A stretch of 64,000 nucleotides of DNA from Kondoa subrosea (lineage: Eukaryota), in NCBI GenBank assembly GCA_039545335.1, contig BCIN01000008.1, positions 1 to 64,000 of the forward strand, read 5' to 3'. How positions within the stretch are numbered: the stretch's first letter is position 1; every line of letters starts with the position of its first letter. The position numbers and the translations under genes are program-made. The notes below the pieces were generated by a model. That model worked only from the letters and a program-made list of their open reading frames with translations. It searched no databases and was not told the DNA's origin. Of the stretch, positions 25,104-37,738 are shown in pieces.

Positions 25104-25599
25104 TCACCGCTCCTGGTATCGACAAATAGCTACCACTTGCGGGAATTCCTGTTGTTTCGGGTGTAATAATCCTGAAGGATTCTATGGGTACCGCGTATTC
25201 ATAAATAAAGGGTTATAGCACTGACTTGGCTGTGATTGTTCACGGTACAATCGGAAGCTGCACCCGCGTTGAAATAGCCCACAGCATGCGCAGCGTGACT
25301 AGGACAGTTGTTGGCGTGACAGTGCCATGTTTGCCTTGTCGCGTCGTACCAGTACGGCTGTTTTGGAACATCAGAACCGTTGTGGTGCGACCGAGCTATC
25401 TTACAGCATAACCGTGACAATTGACATAGCATTTGATTGCTGCTTCCTCGGTTTTATGTGCGGTTTCTTTAAATGTTCCGCATTTCTCATCCAAACAATG
25501 AAACCCGTTCTTAGATTTGGCGAAAGTCTGAGCAGGGTCTATCATCGTAGGCGGCGTTATACTAGGTTCCTGTTCAAGATTTCTGCTGTTAGATGACAT
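25104..25599 (-). CDS. Small hypothetical protein with two tandem C-x4-C-x16/18-C-x4-H motifs
   Basis: Intron 25358-25404 joins two ORFs in frame; a second intron is predicted at 25182-25225. Confidence 0.55.
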
Positions 25600-26205
25600 A
25601 GCATCGCCTCAAGAAAGCTCGACCTACGTTGAATGTCATTGGAGCTGGGCGGTTTTGGATCGAAGTATGCGGAGCAAAAGGATTCTGACTAAATGTGACT
25701 TCAGGCGCGGGAGGAGTACCATGGAAAGGCATGATGACAGATTCAGACTATTAATCTGCTTGGTATTCGCGAGAAAGGCAATAGCTAAGTACGGCGCTAG
25801 GTTCAAGCTTAAAGGATGATGCTCTTGAGCAACGGTAAGAGGGAAGAGAAGAGGAAGCAGACGAAAACGAAAAGGAAGACAACTGAGCATTGACAAAGGG
25901 GATCTAGTCATGCCAAAGACATTGGGCCACAGAAAGTAGTATGCGTTGCTTATCAAATTCACCCCTACCAGTGACCAGCAACTAGAGCTATGGAAGAACA
26001 GAACCATCACGGCGCAGTACAATCCCAGCAGATTACACATGTTAGATTGATCGATTAGATGCATGAAGTAACAGAGATGTAGAGACTGCAGGTAGGACAG
26101 AGCGATTCTTCAGCTCTCAATCGAGGCTTGCCCGTCCGACACCAACCTCTGCCAAATTATCGACGCGTTTTCTTTTCCGAGACCAGCGTATACATTGCTT
26201 CCAGA

Positions 26206-29200
26206 ATGGCTGACCGAGCAGCTAGGAAGGCCAAACTAGAGGAGTTGCGCGCTGCTAGGGCTGGAGATACCCGTTCTCGATCTTACAAGGTGACTACTGC
26301 ATCCAGTTTCAACGCGTTCGCTGATTTAAGAGCAGGACACAACTAATGTGGATCTATACGATGAAGTGGATGAGGAAGCTTATGCTAGCATTGTCAAGGG
26401 GAGATTGGCCGAAGACGACTTTATTGAAGACGACGATGGATCAGGTTATGTTGACAATGGCATGGAAGAAGAATGGGACAACGATGATGGCGGATCTAGT
26501 CAGGAAGAGGGAGATCGTATGCTCCTACATTTTGCTATTGCTTATACTCAGGCGTGTTGGATTAGGCAAAGGCAAGAGGCGGAATCGCAAGAAAGACGCG
26601 AAAGGCAAACCTGAACCCAAGAAAAGAGTCACTGCGACAGTCTTCTCGAAACCGAATGGGAAGGCCGCCGCTGCTGCACCTCGACCGGCTGCATTAGACA
26701 TCAATCCTTACAAGAAACAAGTGGATGTAGCCCAAGAAGCAGACTTCATGTCTTCCTTGCTAGGCAATCTAGATGATACTACTGCTACTTCCTTCCTCTC
26801 TTCGTCAACAAGTCGTAAACGCAAAACCTCACCTGAACTTCAATCAGCTAACTGTAATCCGTTACGCACTTCTACCTCTTCTTTCCGCAAACCTCGCTTT
26901 TCAAACACGCTCACACCTAGTGGTACTTCTTCACCTGATCCGTACTCTGAGCTGCTACCGACTTCAAACGGTGCTTCGTCCGATGGCGATCTACCTTCTT
27001 CAGCAAAGAAAGCTCGTCCCAGTCCTTCTCACAACATGGACAACTTCACTGATCTGTCTTTCGGCAATGATTCTTTCGACCAAGGAGATGTAGACATGGT
27101 CAAAGAAGAAGTGGACGACGATATTTTCGTCAAACCAAATCAAGTCAATACTCGACTAGCTGCTGCACCTTCTAGAAAGCTGGTCAACACCTCTTCTATC
27201 AAACCCGCTCGTCCGTTATCATTATCGCCAACTCCTGCTGCAGATAAAGCGGACGTTTCCAAAGACAACAAGAAACCGAAAGGTTTGGATTGGCGATTAG
27301 CTGCTGAAGGCGTTACTGTTTCTGAATCTGCCGATTTACCTGCCTTGGATGATCTACCCACTGCTGTTAACGGAAAGAAAGGCAAAGCCAAACAGAATGA
27401 TGCACCTTTGACAAGCAAGATCAAAGCTTTTGAATCGGACGGCGAAACTTTGAAATTCTATTGGTTGGATCATATGGAACTCAATGGTGTTGTTCATCTC
27501 TCTGGCAAAGTCCTTGATCAAGAAACTGGTAAACATGTTTCTTGCTGTCTGAGCGTAGAAGGGATTGAGAGGAATCTATTCGTTTTGCCTCGAGGCAAGA
27601 AGTCAGAAGAAGAGAAGCTAGCCAAGAAGACCAATGGAAAACCTGAAATTAAGAATAAGAAGAAAGTAAAGAAACAGATGGATTCTGATGAAGAGGAAGA
27701 GGAAGCTACTGGTTCTGAAGAGTCCGACGAAGAAGAGTCCAAAGAAGAATCAGAAGACGATGAATCTGATTATGGACCTACTTTAGATGATGTCTATGAC
27801 GATTTCGATGAAGTCAGGCAAGAAGCTGGAATTACATCTTGGGCTTCTAAAGAAGTTACGCGCAAGTATGCCTTTGAACTACCTGGCGTGCCTGCAGAGA
27901 CCAAATACCTCAAAGTGGTTTATGGCTTTGATCGTGAGTCAAAGTCATTGGTTGGCTACTTGAGCTGACAAATATTGATAGAACCTCAACTTCCCATGGA
28001 TTTGACAGGAAGAACCTTCAAACGAGTCTTTGGAACAAATACTTCTGCCTTCGAACTCTTTGTCATCAAGCGAAAGATCATGGGTCCTTGTTGGTTGGAA
28101 GTCAAGAATGCTGAACTCAGCGGGAAGGGTGTACGTTTCACATTCCTTATCTCATCGATCTAGTCTCAATCATCTCTTATTCTTATCAGGTCTCTTGGTG
28201 CAAATTGGAAGTGAAAGTCAGATCGCCAAAACATGTCAACCCTTTCAAAGACAGCGACCCAGATGCGCCTAAAGATATGCCACCCTTGACGATGATGAGT
28301 CTGAGTTTGCGAACCATAGTCAATCACAAAGAAAACAAGCGCGAAATCGTCTGCGCTACAGCTCGAGTTTGGCAAGATTGTGCGTCGTTGTCCATCACTA
28401 AAGCTTCTCTATCGTACTGAAATTATACGTACAGCGAGCTTGGAAGATACAACTCCGATCGAGAAACAAGTATGCTCCGTGCATACTGTTGTTCGACCTT
28501 TGGCAGCTTTTCCCGCTGGATTCGAAGCTTTGGCGAAAACGAAGACGCCCAAAATCAATCCTGTTAGAGCTGAGAGAGTAGTGATCAATCAGCTGTTAGG
28601 TGAGCCAATCAATCAACCATAATTCGACGCAAGATCTTATTGGGGGTACAGCAACAATACAACGCTTCGATCCTGATGTGATCATTGGTCATGAGTTCAG
28701 TGGAGTGCTTCTTGACGTCCTCTTACATCGTATGAGGGAACTCAAGGCCGATCATTGGTCAAGATTGGGTCGATTTAGACGAGATAAATGGCCAAGGCTC
28801 AAAAACGGTCTGAATTCACATTTACTCAATGGTCGACTTGTCCTGGATCTCGCTAGCGAAGGTTCAAAGGTGAGCTTCTACAAGCACCTTCAACGCAATC
28901 TGATAACACGTAATATCAGAGCATGATTGCCTCCACAACCTGGTCTTTGACCGAAATGTGCTCAACTCACCTCAAAATCGAAAGGCAAGACATCGATCCG
29001 GAAGATACGGCTGACTACTTCGATTCTGGCGCCACTACACCGAATAACTTGATGGACTTTCTACGACACTGCGAGGCTGATTCTTACTTCCAAGCTGCAA
29101 TCGCCAACAAAGTTCAAGCTCTACCTCTCACAAAGCAGTTGACTAATCTTGCTGGCAACTCTTGGTCAGTTATGTAATGCTAGACTGTTGTGGTCATTTA

Positions 29201-31689
29201 GCTAACTGTTTATATAGGAACCGAACCATTGGAGGAGGGCGAGCTGAACGAAACGAATACATTTTGCTACATGAATTTCACAAAGGCAAATATATCTGTC
29301 CAGACAAAGTGTCAAATTGGGAGAAGAAAGCCGCTGCTGCCGCTCGAGCTGCAGATCCGGAGAATGACGAGGTCGACACGTCAAAAAAGACTGGAAAGAA
29401 AGACAAATTCAAGGGTGGTCTGGTCTTCGAGCCAAAGAGAGGTCTTTGGGACAAATTCATTCTCGTCATGGACTTCAACAGTTTGTATCCTTCCATCATT
29501 CAAGAATACAACATCGATTTCACGACGGTCGAGCGGAATAGTTCAGTATGTGTTTATGCTAGATGCTTGGCTTTCACACCAATCCAGCTGCTACAGGTCG
29601 ACGAGGACAAAATCCCAAATGTGCCGACCATAGAGGAGCGTGGTGTTTTGCCGCGTCTGATTCAAACACTGGTCGAAAGGCGAAGAGCTGTCAAAGGGTT
29701 GATGAAAGACAAGTCTGCTTCAGCCGCCAAACTACTTCAAGTGAGCCTGGCCGTAAAGTACACGACTCTGGCTGACACCATGCATTCAGTATGACATCAA
29801 GCAAAAGGCGCTCAAGCTCACAGCTAACAGTATGTACGGATGTCTGGGTTTCGAAGGCTCAAGATTTTATGCTCGACCACTTGCTGCTCTCACCACATCG
29901 AAAGGTCGTGAAATTTTGACAAACACCCGAGAACTGGCCGAAAGTCTGCAGCTTGATGTGTGTTTACAGCTTCTCTTTGCGGGAGTACCTGACTCCTTTG
30001 CAGGTCATCTATGGTGATACTGATTCGGTCATGATCAACACAAATGTCACCGAAATGACAGCTGCACTACAGATTGGTAACGAATTCAAGAAGGCAGTCA
30101 ATGAGCGCTATCGTCTACTAGAAATCGATATCGATAACATCTTTCAACGCATGTTGCTTCTTCAAAAGAAGAAGTACGCTGCTGTGGAGATCAAGGAGAA
30201 TGGCACGACTAGTATGGAGATCAAAGGTCTTGATATGAAGCGCAGAGAATACTGCAATCTGTCCAAAAATGTTTCTGCGTACGTTTCACTATAAATCAGC
30301 TCGAAGTAAATTGACCTGCTTTGACCTAATTTGCAGATACGTCCTCAAGCAGATTCTTTCCGGAGAGCCGACAGAAGTCGTAGTCGAGAAGATTCATGAA
30401 TACCTCACTTCGGTAGGCAACGGAGTGCGAGAAGGCAAGATCTCCCTCGATGACTTCATCATCTGGAAAGTGAGTAAGAATGCAGAATGGGCAGCATAAC
30501 ACTGAACTGCCTGACAGCGATTGGGTAAAAACCCTCAAGACTACCCAGATGCTAAAAATCAGCCTCACGTACAAGTAGCAATGCGCCAAAAGCAGAAAGG
30601 TCAAGACTGCAAAGCCGGCGACGTAATTCCGTACATTTTCTGTCTCGGGTCAGATGGCATCAGCGCCCGATCAGCGCAAGCAGACAAAGCACATCATCCG
30701 GATGAGCTCAGAAGGGCTGATGCTACCTTAAAGATCGGTCAGCCGCGGTTCTTTGCCTCTTTGCGTGAAGACCATTGACAATTTTGTCTAGATTTCGAGC
30801 ATTACCTTTCTTTGCAAGTCCTTCCTCCGGTGGAACGTTTGTGTGATCAAATAGAAGGCACTGAAAGATCTCGCCTGGCCGAATGTCTAGGTGAACTGAA
30901 AACATCAGATCTGATTTCACATACTGAACATTACTTCAGGGCTGGACACGAGTCGATATCAACAAATCGCCGCTGGAGGAGCTGACGTAGAAAGGGAGTT
31001 CCACACTCTGGAATCGCAGATATCAGATGCAGATCGCTTCCGAGACTCTGAAGCGTTGCGAATCGCTTGCAGACATTGTCGAACGGAAACGGTCTTTTCT
31101 GGCTTGATGGACAACTCCAACCGAATGATCAGATCCATCGGTCTCATTTGTCCAAACCAAGAATGCAGTTGTCCGATCGAAATCCCTTCTCTGGCAATGC
31201 AGATCGAAAATCAAGTTCGCTCGTTCATCAATAAATTCTACGAGAGCTGGCTTCTTTGCGATGATCCATCGTGTCAGAATCGGACTCGTATGATGTCTGT
31301 GTACGGCAAGAGATGTCTGAAAGATCAATGTCGCGGCATGATGCACTACGAGGTGATTTCATTGATCATCTCTTTTAGTGCCTTACTGACTCGCTTTTAG
31401 TACACTGATTCTCGACTGTACAATCAGCTGTTGTACTTTGATAATCTCTTTGATGTGGAAAAGGCTATCAAGAAAGCTGCTGGTACAGCTTTGCAAGGTC
31501 AGTCGTCAACCTATAATTTTGTACGAGTGCTTATTGGTTGGGAATACAGAGGAGGTCCAAGCTTTAGCAGCTCATAACGCACCGAGCTTCGGTATTCTTC
31601 GACACTCTATCTCCAAATATCTCGACAGATGTGGAAGACGATATGTAGCAATGAAGGGTTTGTTCGGTTTCATGAAGATTGCAGCATAA
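26206..31689 (+). CDS. POL1: DNA polymerase alpha catalytic subunit
   Basis: N-terminal [25 protein letters not shown]; family B motifs [23 protein letters not shown] and YGDTDS; C-terminal Zn fingers. Confidence 0.98.
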
Positions 31690-32454
31690 TGTACTATAGT
31701 ATCGTTCAGAGGTCGTGTCTAAGTAATGTTTGCTCTTCTCAATGCTGTGTCGCGTTCCAAGTCGTTGCCGCTTTACTTACGTACTTCATCTCGAAGATTC
31801 AACTTGTGAACTTGTCAAACTAAGTCAGCCAATCAATCTCGTTTTTCCAGTAATTTGAACGTGGATGAGCACGCTTCTAACTCGACTGCAACTTGAGTCA
31901 TCAACTTTCTCCCTCTTGCTGGACATCTGTGAACGGGAACTTCGGAAGCAATCTTTGATTTTGTCTTGCAAGAGCGAATCCAGTGCCAATTCCGCTGTTG
32001 GCTTCCGAATCAGCACAGAAGTCTCATAGCAGCACCTCCGGCAGCCTCCAACTGTTCCATTCCCATTCATTCAGATACCTCTGTATCTGTCTTTGAATCA
32101 GTATAGATCGTGCTCGAATCTGACGCATTGATGTGACCTGTCACTCTTGAAACTGGCTAGATCTTCTCCTGTGAAAGTGTGTGGATCCTTCCTGGATCTG
32201 AAAACGCTCAACGGTCAGAGAATTTACACTGGTCTGTACTTCTGCTCGTTCATGCTCATTTGGTCCAGCGTAAGGTATCGATCTCCTTGATCGTGAAGTC
32301 TTTGCAGAGAGAAATATAGAGCGGCCAAAAGTAGCAGTTTCATCTCTTCATCCCTTTGTTCGATTATCATAGCTCAGGCTTGAATTTCATCTCTTTCTCT
32401 TCTTCCTCCTTCTTCAGCTCCATTTCTTTAGAATACAAGAAGAACCTAGTCGCT

Positions 32455-33284
32455 ATGTCTGCACCGTGAGCGTCTTCTAGAAGAACTTGGTATATAGCTA
32501 AACTAAGCTTGCTTGCGCAGACGTCCTACAAGAGTTCAAAAGCCGAAAGTCGTCAAGCCGGTAGCAGCCAAACCACTCAGCATAAGCGAACGACGAGCTT
32601 TCGCTGAGGCTGCTGTTGTACTCAAATTCGCGGAGAAGAGCTTGAATGAACCTGGCTATGAAACGAATCCTGACTTCTGGGACGAGTACCAGACGGCGAT
32701 GAAGGACACGAAAGGAGAAGATAAAAGGTTCAACGGCAACAAGAAATACCCGCTGAAGGAGCTTCAAGTGAGACTTCAGCAGATTTGCAGGCTGTGCTAA
32801 AATCGTTTCCGTCAGAGATTGCTGAATCTAAAGGTTCCTGAGTTGAAATGGTCCTGCATATGGTCCTTCCTATCCTGGGATGGCATCGTCTATTCAGGCT
32901 GCCGGCAGAGACACTGCTTTTAGCGGATCTGTGGTCAACACTCTCGGACGCCCTCATGCTGATACACAGACTTCGAACTATCATAACATTGATCCAAATC
33001 TGCTTCTAGCCTCACAACCCATGCCGACTTCTACGGGTCATATGCCATCAACCATGCTTCCACCCGGCGCGAGACCCACGATGCATCCCGCCCCTGGACC
33101 TCAATATATGGGTCCGCCGTCTCATAATATGGCTCTACTTCCTTCCCCAACGCGGCCTTTGTCGACGCCCAATTCTTTCGCTTCTGTCAATTCAAGCCAT
33201 GCTGGTCACACGCCTCCGCCTTCAGCTGGATCTCAGCGTCCTCAGAGCAGCGAATATGCCCACTGGGATTACTTACGTCACTAG
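32455..33284 (+). CDS. Hypothetical protein with Pro/Ser-rich C-terminus; apparent +1 frameshift at 32846-32848
   Basis: MSAP exon plus ORFs 32513-32800 and 32880-33284 with GT-AG introns. The frame is continuous only if one A is removed. Confidence 0.45.
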
Positions 33285-33694
33285 AGGGGAATACTTCCAC
33301 GATTTTTTTCTTCTTCTTCGTATAACTCATGCATCTTCCGTTTTGAATCCATTGTAATACATCACATATATGCACCAAACCTCTGTACCTTTTCAACCAT
33401 GGCTGCATGGTCTTCCAGCAGTATACTTCATTCTGGCCGGCAATGACTCTTTGATCTTTTCACCAAGTCTCTGAACTTGTGCTCTTGATTGCTGCTCCAG
33501 AACTATTGCCTGAAAGCTTTGAATTGTGTGCTTGTGTGGCTTGACTTGACGTACCTAGCGCATCTGACAATAGCCCACTTATTGCAAATTCGGCCTTGGT
33601 CAATTTGATGATATTTCAGATTGTGGCAATTTGCGAATAAAGCCCGCAGTGAGCTGTCTTCTTCTCTCTTACACATATATCTTCCATCACTCCA

Positions 33695-34210
33695 ATGAGC
33701 TACGAAAGTCTTACTGAAGCACAAGCTTATGCTTACAATGTCCACTTCTGCGGAGAGGTATGTAGCTTTCCACTTGACGCGTCTTTGATCAAGCTGATCG
33801 TTTCTCTCTAGTGGATCAAAAGTGTCAGTGACTCTACTGGAAGCTCTTCACCGGGCAGCCAGAGTTCAGACGAATACCTGCCTCATCATCAGAATCTTTC
33901 TGCTTATTCGATCATGTCATCCGAGATCTCTCACCTCGAGATTGCATCTCGTGCGCCTTCGCGATCATTTACTCCTTCGGTTCATTCTTGCAATGCTACC
34001 TTTATCGATCACGGCGAACCTTTGGAGCGCGCTCCTACTTTCATTGATCATGGAGAGCCTACCAAGCGCTCTCGTCGCGTCGGCAGCTATGATCGCAGAT
34101 TCGTTCTTCACACTAGCGGAACAATTTCATTGTGCGCAAGAATTTCGGCTAGGCTTGGTAAATGGATGAAAAGCAAAAAGCTGAACAGAACAAAGACTTT
34201 GGGAAGATAA
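33695..34210 (+). CDS. Hypothetical Ser-rich protein with duplicated TFIDHGEP motif
   Basis: ATG at 33695; one intron (about 33758-33812) joins in frame to ORF 33914-34210. Confidence 0.5.
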
Positions 34211-34495
34211 TGGGCAGTGGGAAGCTGGTCTGCATTGAATCGGGCAATTGTTTTGGGTTACAGTAATCAAATTGATATGTACTAGTATTGGTTGACGTAA
34301 ATGGATGTATATAGTACTTATCGTTTGGCACCTTTATTCGATCACTTCAAATCAGGTTGGCAAATGCATATGAAGCTTGACTTCGCCAACTTCCAGAATG
34401 TCAGCATACTTTCAGATTGATTACCAAATCAGCAGTTCTTCTGCACTCCAATTCCCCTTCACTTGCCGGAACACGATCATTTGCCTTTCCCAATA

Positions 34496-36460
34496 TCAAC
34501 CCAAGATCCTCTTCCCTTTACTTTTCTTCATCTCATTAGGATCACTGAATCGATGCGTCACATTCTCAACATGTTTCTTCAACCATTTAAGTCCTTCCGG
34601 TTCAATATTTCTACAATCAAGCATTTCCAACTTTTTCAATTTCAAGTTTGGTTTCTTTTCATCGTTGCCTGCTAGAACGATTTCTATCAATGGACCAGCT
34701 TTCACAGAATCGTTTGAATTGAGGGTAAGATCTTCTAAATTTGGTGTGAGGGTAGGTAAGAGTTGAATGAGTTGATCAGAGACTGGGGAACTTGATAGAT
34801 TGAGAGAATGGATATTGGAAGAAGGGGAAAGAATGTCGATAAGTGAATGATCAGAAGCGATAGGTAAGCCAACCAGAATAAGTGTATCTAGAACTGGTGA
34901 TTTAAAGATGGTTGTTGGCATATCTGCATATGCTGGCGGACAAGCTTTTGCGTAATCGATACGAAGAAGTTCCAATTTAGGTGCATCGATGTCCAAGAAC
35001 AGCTTGACCACGAAGTATTCGCACTGCTTGAGTATCAGCTTCCTCAGCAGAGGTAATTCGGTAATAGGTTTGGCTGCTAGATTTCTGCTAAAGCTTGTCA
35101 AGGGTGCTTTGATCAATGTTAGACTTCGAAGATGGGGAAGAGGTTGAGATAAGAAGCGAAGATCTGAAACTCGACCTGTAGAAGAATCGCCTTGATCATG
35201 CATAAAAGTGCTCATGTCCGGATAAGGCTGTTCGTCTGGGTCGTAATGGGGTAATTTGACCAGATGGGATGCCACAATAAGTCTTTCTAGTTGTTTGACC
35301 TTATCTGCTTTATTGTCCAGCTTATATCTTTGTCGAACGGTCGAAAAATCTTCGGTGGAGGTCGTTTGTTTGGAATCCCCCAAAGCTTGAAAGTATCTCA
35401 GATTTGGCATCTTATCACAGATAGCTTCTAGACTGAGCACTAGTGCGGGAAATGAATCATCAAGACCAGCAAAAATGAGTTGGACAACAGTTGACAAATC
35501 GAGGGACCAAACAAGAAGTTTTGTCATCAATGCTGGACCAATATAAGAAGGCAAGGACCACTCGAGGGATCCCAGCTGTCCAACCATTTTTGATGGGATA
35601 ATAGCTTCGATCTTGCTCCAATGATCTTGCCTCTGAGCTTTAATCTTTAGCGTATTGAGAGTTCGACGAGCTCCCAAACGTTGAGCGTATTCTTTTGTCT
35701 TGTATTCTATAGCTCGCTCGTTACCAGCCAAAGACAAAATTTGCCAGAAAGACGGTTCATTGAGGATAATGCGTCTCCAGGATTTGCAAACATGAGAACA
35801 GCGGATTTGGGTAGAATGTGGTAAGTACTGCATGATTTGAATGAAGAGTTCTGCTGGTAAGATTTCGGTCGTCCCGGTTGTTCCCTTGTATCCCAGTATC
35901 AGCTAGATCTCGGAAGATAACATGAAAAAGGTTACCTTCTGTAAACCTTCTACAGTAGCCAGAAGTTCGGTGAGAGTAGATGACTGCGCAATTATAAGCA
36001 AAGAGTGCATTGACGAACCCTCTGAACTAGACTTACTTTCGCACCAGCAGCATCACAAGCTTTGATTCCCGCTCGTAACACTTTCGCAGCCTGATCCAAT
36101 TTGCCAATAGCTTTATAAGCATCCGCAGCTCGTTTGTAACCCTGCTCGAAACAATTGAGATCTATACTTCCTCCAACATTGACATCGGTAATCAGAAGCG
36201 CGTACCTGCTCTGCATCTGGATTCAAGCTGATCTGAGTCTTCGCATCCAACAGAGCTTGTTTGGGAAGTCCAAGCTTGAGAGCGGTGACGCTTCTGGAAT
36301 CATAGAGCTTGAAATTGCTGCCATTCTTTGAAATTGCCTGTACTCTCGAATTGCATGAGCTCGTGAAAGTCACAGTGAGAAACTACGACGCGACCTCGTT
36401 CAAGAGATCATAAGCTCTGTGAAAGTCTTCTTGACGAAAAGCTTCCTTGATCGATTGCAT
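34496..36460 (-). CDS. TPR + F-box + LRR protein (Pof3/Dia2-like SCF substrate receptor)
   Basis: N-terminal TPRs (YDSRSVTALKLG...ALLDAK...GYKRAADAY), F-box LPAELFIQIMQYL...CSHVCKSWRRII and C-terminal LRRs. Confidence 0.85.
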
Positions 36461-36806
36461 TGATCGTTTCAAATCGAGAGGCTCATGTCAACAAAACTTC
36501 AAGACGCGAAAAAACTAGGGTACACAGGATTTTGAAGTGTATGCACAAGGTATATAAATGCATAGGGCAGAGATTAGAAACTATCACAATGCTTTGCCCT
36601 CCTTTCATGTTGCGGAAGAACGAGTTATAACATGTTGTTGTCAGTCCAAGAAGTGAATGCGAGGTGGTTTTGATCGGTCAGTGTAGGCACTGAAGAAGCG
36701 GCGGGAACGAGTTAAATCACGAATGAGAATGAAGACTCTCGGAGCTATGAGCATTCTGTTCGTAAGCAAAGATATTGCTATTCAGACATCTTAGCTCACC
36801 CTCGTC

Positions 36807-37413
36807 CTAGTCCTTCAATCGCTTGAAGAGCAAGATGTGTGGTTCTGGAAGATGACGCATACTGTTTTGAAATCATTAGCATCACGGTATAAGAGCTTCT
36901 TAACGACATACTATGCCTACAATTGAACGAATCAGCTCAAAGACGCCTACAAAGCGGCGCCGAAACTCACCTCCCAGCCAGGCGATTGTCTGATATTCAA
37001 CCCTCTCCATTCATCTTCCGTAGGTAATCGATCTTCAGGTAAATATTTGACCAACTTCGCGATGCATCAACAGGCTGATCTCGCCCCAGAACAGAGGAAG
37101 GGGACGTACGGCTTTAGGTAGAATGACATGACGGTATTCAAACTCGTCGTCAGAGTATCGAGCGCTGTAGCTGCACCAATTGAAATGAGCAAAGCTTTCG
37201 GGGGGTTTGTCGTGAGATCAGACGAACAAGATAGAATCGCTGTATTTCCTGTTACAAAACAGTCAGTGGACGTGTCATTTGATGCAATAGAGATGGAAGC
37301 GCACTCTATATCTTTCTGTCTTTGCTCCTGACACATTAGAGACGCGATCAGTTTGGGCTCAATTTACGAGCTGCGGAAATAGCAGAGCGTACAGCGTTGA
37401 ATTTCTTGCTCAT
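36807..37413 (-). CDS. CKS1: Cyclin-dependent kinase regulatory subunit (Cks1/Suc1)
   Basis: Spliced translation YSARYSDDEFEYRHVILPK...[33 protein letters not shown]; includes a 5-nt microexon (36912-36916). Confidence 0.95.
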
Positions 37414-37738
37414 GTCTGTCTCGAGGGCAATAGATCTGTGATGTGTGTTGAAACGGGCTGGCTGATTGAGTGAAAGAGAAAAACATTCGACCTTCTCAAA
37501 GATTCTGGGGAAATATTTGTATGCGAGTGTGGCTAATGGTCTGGCCGCGTAACATAAGCCATGGGACAGGATTCATGAGACTAGGGAAGAGCGCAAATAG
37601 CGCCCCTCTTGTTATCGGTAACTCCTCTTAGGAAGCTTGAATATTACTCTTGGTATCACTTGTAACACCTAGACTGTAAACAAACCTTGATGAACCTGAT
37701 TTGTACGCTCTGCCGTTGCGGCCACACTGTTCGCAATT

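Noticed and set aside
25636..26064. 142-aa hydrophobic minus-strand ORF
   Set aside because: Composition reflects pyrimidine-rich UTR or promoter sequence; no domain evidence.
37523..37560. tRNA-like 5' half (GCGAGTGTGGCTAATGG)
   Set aside because: No T-arm GTTCRA and no complementary acceptor strand downstream.
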